From positions 29,698,001 to 29,762,000 of the forward strand of contig OX597842.1 in assembly GCA_951406725.2 (NCBI GenBank): DNA of 64,000 bases. The letters are read 5' to 3'. The translations under genes were made by a program, and so were the position numbers. Shown here piece by piece: positions 56,588-64,000 of this stretch. The DNA is from Octopus vulgaris (lineage: Eukaryota). How positions within the stretch are numbered: position 1 is the first letter of the stretch; every line of letters begins with the position of its first letter. Under the pieces are notes generated by a model. That model was not told the DNA's origin, did not search any database, and saw nothing but the letters and a program-made list of their open reading frames with translations.

Positions 56588-57196
56588 CAACCAGCCAGGA
56601 ACAGTCTTCGCTACATTTGCGGTACCTGGCAGAGGGAGTGTTTGTCCAGGATAGGACAACACAGCCACAGCAGGAAATGCATCAGGACATGAAATGTAAA
56701 AGCCGGACTGGACTACTTTATGCGTAACTCCATTGTCTCCCGTTATCGGCTGTTAGATGTGATATAGAGGAAATTTATTGTGTGGAGGCGCAATGGCCCA
56801 GTGGTTAGGGCAGCGGACTCGCGGTCGCAGGATCGTGATTTCGATTCCCAGAGAAGAAAACGGCGTAATTAATTAGTAAAATGAGAGAGAACCGTTTAAA
56901 GAGTACCACAGTAATTTCATTTTTGTGTTTGGTTTACAAGATTCTTTATATGAATTGGTGTGTTGAAGCATATTTTGTATCTATGAAGAGTAATTCTGTT
57001 TTAATACGTTGTTAATTAATACACTCACCGGTTCGATTTCCCCTTATTTACATATTTATTGATTTATTTTCTAAAATATTCGTTACTTCTTTGCCACCTC
57101 TTCAGTGGTTATTGTCTATGTCTGTTATCGGAGCCTTTTCTTTTTGTTTGTTGCTCAGCGTGTGTACACACCTGTGTATGTATGTATTTTTCTTTA

Positions 57197-57240
<44 letters not shown>

Positions 57241-57285
57241 GGTGTGTACCTCTCCTTGTGTGTAACCCGGCTTAATCATCAAAGT

Positions 57286-57660
57286 GTAGAGGCGCAATGG
57301 CCCAGTGGTTAGGGCAGCGGACTCGCGGTCGCAGGATCGCGGTTTCGATTCCCAGACCGGGCGTTGTGAGTGTTTACTGAGCGAAAACACCTAAAGCTCC
57401 ACGAGGCTCCGGCAGGGGATGGTGGTGATCCCTGCTGTACACTTTCACTACAACTTTCTCTCACTCTTACTTCCTGTTTCTGTTGTACCTGTATTTCAAA
57501 GGGCCGGCCTTGTCACGCTGAATATCCCCGAGAACTACGTTAAGGGTACACGTGTCTGTAGAGTGCTCAGCCAGTTACACGTTAATTTCACGAACAGGCT
57601 GTTCCGTTGATTCGGATCAACCGGAACCCTCGTCGTCGTAACCGACGGAGTGCTTCCATC
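57286..57660 (+). mobile_element. SINE family B
   Basis: Near-identical to 55441-55828. Confidence 0.88.
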
Positions 57661-57841
57661 CGATCATCAAAGAAAGGAAAAATTAGTTGCTGGGCCTTAT
57701 AGGCTGCCGGGTTCAAAATTCGGAACCTGCACTTCTACCCCCTTTTCATTTTAACATATGTTATGTTTTCTAATGTTATTAAGAAAGAAACACACTAAAG
57801 TTATAAAGGCAAAAGTAAGCCAAGTTTTCGTTTATGTCATA

Positions 57842-58206
57842 CTAGCAGTATCGCCCGGCGTTGCTCGGGTTTGTAAGGGAAATAACTATTTGAGCATTTT
57901 TAGAGAGTTATAGCCAAAAATTAGCAAAAAATGATGGTAAATTTTTTTTTAAATCGTAGACTCATCGTAGACATTTTTAGAGAGTTACTTCCCTTATATA
58001 ATAGCGAAAAAAATGCATTAAAATGGAAAAAAATGATGGTAAATTTTTCTTTAAATCGTAGACGCGCGCTAAAACACAGAAGGGCTCGATATGAATCACG
58101 ACTATAAGATACCCGAATTTGGTTAAACTGCACTGCAAAATGTGGGAGTAGTTAGGAATCTAAATCGTAGGAGACAGACACACAACTTGACTTTTATATA
58201 TAAAGA
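57842..58206 (-). mobile_element. Non-autonomous Helitron
   Basis: Same family as 52984-53380. Confidence 0.82.
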
Positions 58207-58237
58207 TTATAACTAAATTTTTAAGTTTCATTCGAAC

Positions 58238-58646
58238 TCTCTTTCTCTTTACTCTCTTTTACTTGTTTCAGTCATTTGACTGTGGCCATGCTGGAGCACC
58301 GCCTTTTAGTTGAGCAAATCGACCCCGGGACTTATTCTTTGTAAGCCCAGTACTTATTCTATCGGTCTCTTTTGCCGAACCGCTAAGTGACGGGGACGTA
58401 AACCAGCATCGTTTGTCAAGCAATGCTAGGGGGACAAACACACACACATATTTATATATATATATATATATATATACATATATACGACAGGCTTCTTTCA
58501 GTTTCCGTCTACCAAATCCACTCACAAGGCTTTGGTTGGCCCGGGGCTATAGTAGAAGACACTTGCCCAAGATGCCACGCAGTGGGACTGAACCCAGAAC
58601 CATGTGGTTGGTTAGCAAGCTACTTACCACACAGCCACTCCTGCAT
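58238..58646 (-). mobile_element. SINE family A
   Basis: Similarity to other copies. Confidence 0.88.
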
Positions 58647-58709
58647 CTTATATACATTTACGAAGGGGAGACTAACACCCCCGGCCGCCATGTACGGTGG
58701 TGGGGCGAT

Positions 58710-59514
58710 AGAATGGTTGTATACTGTCAAAGGTGGTGAGCTGGCAGAAATGTTAGCACGCCGGGCGAAATGCGTAGCCGTATTTCGTCTGCCGTTACGT
58801 TCTGAGTTCAAATTCCGCCGAGGTCGACTTTGCCTTTCATCCTTTCGGGGTCGATAAATTAAGTACCAGTTACGCACTGGGGTCGATGTAATCGACTTAA
58901 TCCGTTTGTCTGTCCTTGTTTGTCCCCTCTGTGTTTAGCCCCTTGTGGGTAGTAAAGAAATAGGTATTTTGTCTGTCGCTACGTTCTGTGTTCAAATTCT
59001 GCCGAAGTTGACTTTGCCTTTCATCCTTTTCGGGGTCGATAAATTAAGTACCAGTTACGCACTGGGGTCGATGTAATCGACTTAATCCGTTTGTCTGTCC
59101 TTGTTTGTCCCCTCTGTGTTTAGCCCCTTGTGGGTAGTAAAGAAATAGGTATTTCGTCTGTCGCTACGTGCTGAGTTCAAATTCCGCCGAGGTCGACTTT
59201 GCCTTTCATCCTTTCGGGGTCGATAAATTAAGTACCAGTTACGCACTGGGGTCGATGTAATCGACTTAATCCGTTTGTCTGTCCTTGTTTGTCCCCTCTG
59301 TGTTTAGCTCCTTGTGGGTTGTAAAGAAATATGTATACTGTCAATCTAACACGAACGTGACAGTAGGGGGGGGGGGTACACCACCGCTGTTTAACCCTAG
59401 GAAGCATCGACGCCTCCTGATGGCTTTGACACATTTTTCCTGTGTCCTTATATACATTCACATGTACCCCCTTACTGTCACGTTCGTGTTAGATTGACAG
59501 TATACAACCATTCT
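58710..59514. mobile_element. MITE whose left TIR is interrupted by a SINE
   Basis: agaatggttgtatactgtcaatctaacacgaacgtgacagta versus tactgtcacgttcgtgttagattgacagtatacaaccattct. Confidence 0.78.
58731..59331 (+). mobile_element. SINE family C (Meta-domain-like core) with a triplicated ~185-bp body
   Basis: 13-bp TSD tgtatactgtcaa; units start at about 58780, 58964 and 59149. Confidence 0.85.
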
Positions 59515-59711
59515 TTTTTTATTCTGTTTTTTTTTGCATAATAGAATTAATGCAAGTCATTCTTATTTGCAAAACGAGTCCCCTTTAATTTTGCTCAGGT
59601 TGCTTTCAATTTTGGTGTATCGATACAACTCTGAATTTTGATTACGATCAGCCAATTACTTTGAAGAATCTTTAGTCAACTGTATCAAGCCCTAGCACTT
59701 ATTTCTCTTAA

Positions 59712-60176
<465 letters not shown>

Positions 60177-60229
60177 ATTAAAGAATCTGATCTTATTTGG
60201 AATTCAAGTTGGGAAATTTGGGTAATTTT

Positions 60230-60350
60230 AGCCAATCAACAGCCGGCGTGGCATTAGCAGCTAGTTACCATGACAACTGCACGTTGTCTTATGGTTCACT
60301 TCACTGTTGTCTGTGACGCATTTTGTTCGATGTTGATTTTTCGCGCTTGA
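60230..60350 (+). promoter_or_regulatory. Candidate promoter of the 61120 zinc-finger gene
   Basis: CCAAT at 60232, RFX X-box-like gttaccatgacaac at 60264-60277, TGACG at 60314, E2F-like ttttcgcgc, local CpG enrichment; a splice acceptor follows at about 60703. Confidence 0.35.
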
Positions 60351-61119
60351 TTCTTCACACCGCGAGATTCTTTTCACCTGCGTGTTTTTATTTTAATTTT
60401 TCTGTGTGTTAGTATATTACATATTTTTGAATTCACGTTCTGATATTTATCATTACCTTTATGTAAACCAGCCATCCGCATTTCATGGTAAACTGTCTAC
60501 ATTTTGCTTGCTAAAAGAGAAATGTAAGAACCCTCCATCTATATACAGAATGGTGTAAAACTTTCAAAGCCTCGGTGAATTCTGACCCCTGAAAACATAG
60601 ACATTAAATGGATGACAGTGTTGATGTTGTAAGATTTGCAATGTTGAATTACTATTTCGTTTAATGATTCTCTTTATCTCACTGCTTCTTTTTCTCTATT
60701 TCAGAATATCACATCATGTTGACATCAAAGAAATTACTTCATTCAGATGTGCCTCTGATATTTTATCTGCTCCCATCAACCAAAGGAAGATGATATATTT
60801 ATAAGGAGCATTCATCAATACATCAACTTCTTTACAAAAATATAATCTATAACAGACAACAGCAAAATATTTTTCTTGTCTTCGCTCTCTGAAATGGAGA
60901 AGTGATGACTCCTTTACAGGTTAATTAAGCTTGGATAAACTTTACAAAAGAGTTGACAGTTTACACCTGCAGTTTTAGATATGAAGTTAGATCACAGATG
61001 AAAAGAAGATTAACATTAAATTATTCTCTGACAATAGTGATCCAACTTCACACAAACATATTCATGGAAATGAAAAAATCATTATCATTGTGATACGTCT
61101 AATTAATTATTCTCTTCTA

Positions 61120-62259
61120 ATGGATAATTCAACTAAAAAAATCCCCAATAAAGGTGAGAAGTCATTTCATTGCATTACCTGTGGGAAATCATTCTCTCGC
61201 AACAGTAAGTTAACTAGTCACAGACGTACACATACAGGTGAGAAGCCACATCATTGCAATACCTGTGGTAAATCATTCTGTGAAGCCAGTCAGTTGAAAA
61301 CACACAAACTTATTCATACAGGTGAGAAGCCATATCGTTGTGATACCTGTGGTAAATCATTTTCTGTAAACAGTTACTTGACCAAGCACAAACGTATTCA
61401 TACAGGTGAAAAACCATATGACTGTGATACCTGTGGAAAATCTTTCTTTTGTTGCAGTGACTTGAATAAACACAAACGAATTCATACAGGTGAGAAGCCG
61501 TATCGTTGTGATACCTGTGGTAAATCATTTTCTGAAAAGAGTAACTTGACTATGCACACACGTATTCACACAGGTGAAAAACCATATCATTGCAATACCT
61601 GTGGTAAATCATTTTCTGGAAATAACTCGTTAACTACTCACAAGCGCATTCATACAGGTGAGAAGCCATATCATTGTGATGTCTGTGGTAAATCATTCTC
61701 CTCTAATAGTACCTGGACTATACACAAACGTATTCATACTGGGGAAAAACCATATGTCTGTGATATCTGTGGCAAATCATTCTCTGGAAATAACTCGTTA
61801 ACTAGTCACAAGCGCATTCATACAGGTGAGAAGCCATTTCATTGCAATATCTGTGGTGAATCGTTTTCTGACAATCGCATTTTAACTAGTCACAAACGTA
61901 TTCATACAGGTGAGAAGCCCTATCACTGCAATATCTGTGGTAAATCATTCACTCAGATTAATCACTTGATTAATCACAAACCTACACATACAGGTGAGAA
62001 GCCGTATCATTGTGATATCTGTGGCAAGTCGTTCTCTCAAAGTAGTACCTTGACTGGTCACAGACGTGTTCATACAGGGGAAAAACCATATCAGTGTGAT
62101 ATCTGTGGTAATTCATTCTCTGAAATGAGTACCTTAACCAAACACAGGTATGTTCATACAGGTGAGAAACCACACCACTGTGATACCTGTGGTAAATCAT
62201 TTTCTGCAGCTAGCAACATGGAAAGGCACAAATGTATTTCTACAGGTGAGAAACCATAA
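61120..62259 (+). CDS. C2H2 zinc-finger protein, 12 canonical + 1 degenerate fingers
   Basis: Tandem CxxC...HxxxH units with TGEKP linkers; decayed fingers continue to about 62375. Confidence 0.9.
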   Translation: MDNSTKKIPNKGEKSFHCITCGKSFSRNSKLTSHRRTHTGEKPHHCNTCGKSFCEASQLKTHKLIHTGEKPYRCDTCGKSFSVNSYLTKHKRIHTGEKPYDCDTCGKSFFCCSDLNKHKRIHTGEKPYRCDTCGKSFSEKSNLTMHTRIHTGEKPYHCNTCGKSFSGNNSLTTHKRIHTGEKPYHCDVCGKSFSSNSTWTIHKRIHTGEKPYVCDICGKSFSGNNSLTSHKRIHTGEKPFHCNICGESFSDNRILTSHKRIHTGEKPYHCNICGKSFTQINHLINHKPTHTGEKPYHCDICGKSFSQSSTLTGHRRVHTGEKPYQCDICGNSFSEMSTLTKHRYVHTGEKPHHCDTCGKSFSAASNMERHKCISTGEKP

Positions 62260-62580
62260 CATTGTGATACCTGTGGTAAATCATTTTCTGCAAAATACCA
62301 TTTTAACTAGTCACAGTTGTGTTCATACAGGAGAGAAACCGTATCACTCTGATATCTGTTATAAATAATTCTGTAAAAATAGTGAAGGATTATGATGAAC
62401 AAGATAGGGTTGGGCACCGATCCTTGGTGACTCCCTTCTTGTACCCTGAATTCTTTGCTGTACTTGTTGCCCACCCCCACCTTACCTGTAGTGTCCTTGT
62501 ATAAAGCTTATATGGCTCTCACTTACCACTCCTCTATCCAGATAAGGGACTAGGAAACTCTAATAAAAAATTTCTCCAAG

Positions 62581-63246
62581 TCTTGTGTATAATACGCACC
62601 CCTTCTCTAACTTGAGCCAAGGAGATCCATATAAAATCCTTGGTTTGTAAAAATGTATGCGGTAACGTCCTTTATTATTATTGTATATATAACATAATGC
62701 AAACGTGTAGCTTTTTTGTGCATTTTGTTTGCAGAAAATAAAGAAATAACAGTAATAACGTTTAATAAATGTTGCTTACTTCAAGTTTAGGCGGCTGTAC
62801 CTCTGAAAAACCTAAACCTTGTGTATAATACGCACCCCTTTAACTTGAGTCAAGGGGGTCTATATAACGTTCTTGGTTTGTAAAAATGTATATAGCAACG
62901 CCCTTTATTATTATTGTATATATAACATGATGCAAATGTGTAGCTTTTTTGTGCATTTTATTTGCAGAAAATAAAGAAATAACAGTAATAACGTTTAATA
63001 AATGTTGCTTACTGCAAGTTATGGATGATTCTTTTATGACTTCATTGCTTTCAGGCTTAGCTTAAAGTATTTTCGTGCCCGACATCACAAAACGCGTCTG
63101 AATAAACATTGCCGGACAGCAAATAGAGACTCGGACATTGCTTAGAAAATATATTTCATTTTTAGCCTCGTATATAATACGCACAAGGGATTTTGACCTT
63201 TAAATTTTGGGGGGAAAATGCGGATTATCCTCGGGGATTTACGGTA
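62581..63246. mobile_element. Tc1/pogo-like MITE remnant with an internal ~236-bp duplication; second terminal copy at 63741-63832
   Basis: Repeated gtataatacgcacc motifs; ends ...ggatttacggTA. Confidence 0.55.
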
Positions 63247-63740
63247 CATCATCTAATGTATAGTATAGTAGTAAGTGTTAGTGGCTATAACTGTTGTTTA
63301 GCCCCAGGTCAGTCCTGATCCAGACAGACCTATGATCAAAGATATTCCAGCTGTGACCATCCCATCTTTTATTCAGGCATAGTGTATCTAGGACTACATT
63401 ATCTAATGTATAGTACAGGAGTTAGTATTAGTGGCTATAGCTGTTGTTTAGCCCCAGGTCAGTCCTGATCCAGACAGACCGATGATCAAAGATGTTCCAG
63501 CTGTGGCCATCCCATCTTTTATTCAGGCATAGTGTATCTAGGACTACATTATCTAATGTATAGTACAGGAGTTAGTATTAGTGGCTATAGCTGTTGTTTA
63601 GCCCCAGGTCAGTCCTGATCCAGACAGACCTATGATCAAAGATATTCCAGCTGTGACCATCCCACCTTTTATGCGGGCATAGTGTATCTAGGACCACATT
63701 ATCCAATGTATAGTATAGTATAGTAGTTAGTATTAGTGGC
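63247..63740. repeat. 150-bp tandem repeat x~3.3
   Basis: gccccaggtc recurs at 63301, 63451 and 63601. Confidence 0.93.
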
Positions 63741-64000
63741 TCATTTTTAACCTCGTGTATAGTATACACTATGGATTTTGACCTTTAAATTTTGGGGAAA
63801 AAAATGCGGATTATACACGAGGATTTACGGTAATTGGAAGCTGTGATGATTTTTATCATCCGAAGCTTTTAATCTTGTTTTTTTTTATCTGTTTCAGTCA
63901 TTAGACTGTGGCCATGCTGGGGCACCACTTTGAAGAATCTTTAGTCAAATGTATCAAGCCCTAGCACTTATTTCTCTTAAAGCCTGGTAATTATTCTATC

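Larger units (their letters stand above)
55354..56742 (+). mobile_element. 5'-truncated RTE-clade LINE interrupted by a SINE and a MITE
   Basis: [43 protein letters not shown], then a C-terminal CLSRIG.HSH motif; empty site ccta^ttatcgg at about 43612. Confidence 0.85.

Overview
This is repeat-rich, AT-rich eukaryotic DNA. The SINE families, dense (TA)n/(CA)n tracts and clustered C2H2 genes point to a coleoid cephalopod, probably Octopus (inference). (1) A 13-coding-exon + strand gene (5692-36258, about 964 aa once one frameshift is corrected) was reconstructed by hand from GT/AG sites with consistent phases. It encodes Mind-bomb-like ankyrin repeats, a C3HC4 RING and a C-terminal Death domain. 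Exon 4 holds 14 near-identical 102-bp ankyrin repeats with a DNA-invariant framework and variation concentrated at the ligand-binding (DARPin-randomised) positions. The first Death-domain exon also has three diverged, still-open tandem copies. Together this suggests a diversifying sensor/E3 ligase. (2) Several type-I hammerhead ribozyme motifs with unrelated helices sit in short elements, mostly bounded by (TA)n and some with long inverted arms; they look Penelope-like. (3) A young non-autonomous Gypsy-type LTR element with a tRNA-Leu PBS lies in intron 5. (4) A tandem C2H2 zinc-finger cluster has two 12-finger ORFs, one truncated copy and one scrambled remnant. (5) There are many SINEs, non-autonomous Helitrons, MITEs, and decayed LINE, mariner and Gypsy fragments. 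Most short ORFs in the supplied track are spurious. Family assignments come from motif recognition, not database searches, and repeat boundaries are approximate.
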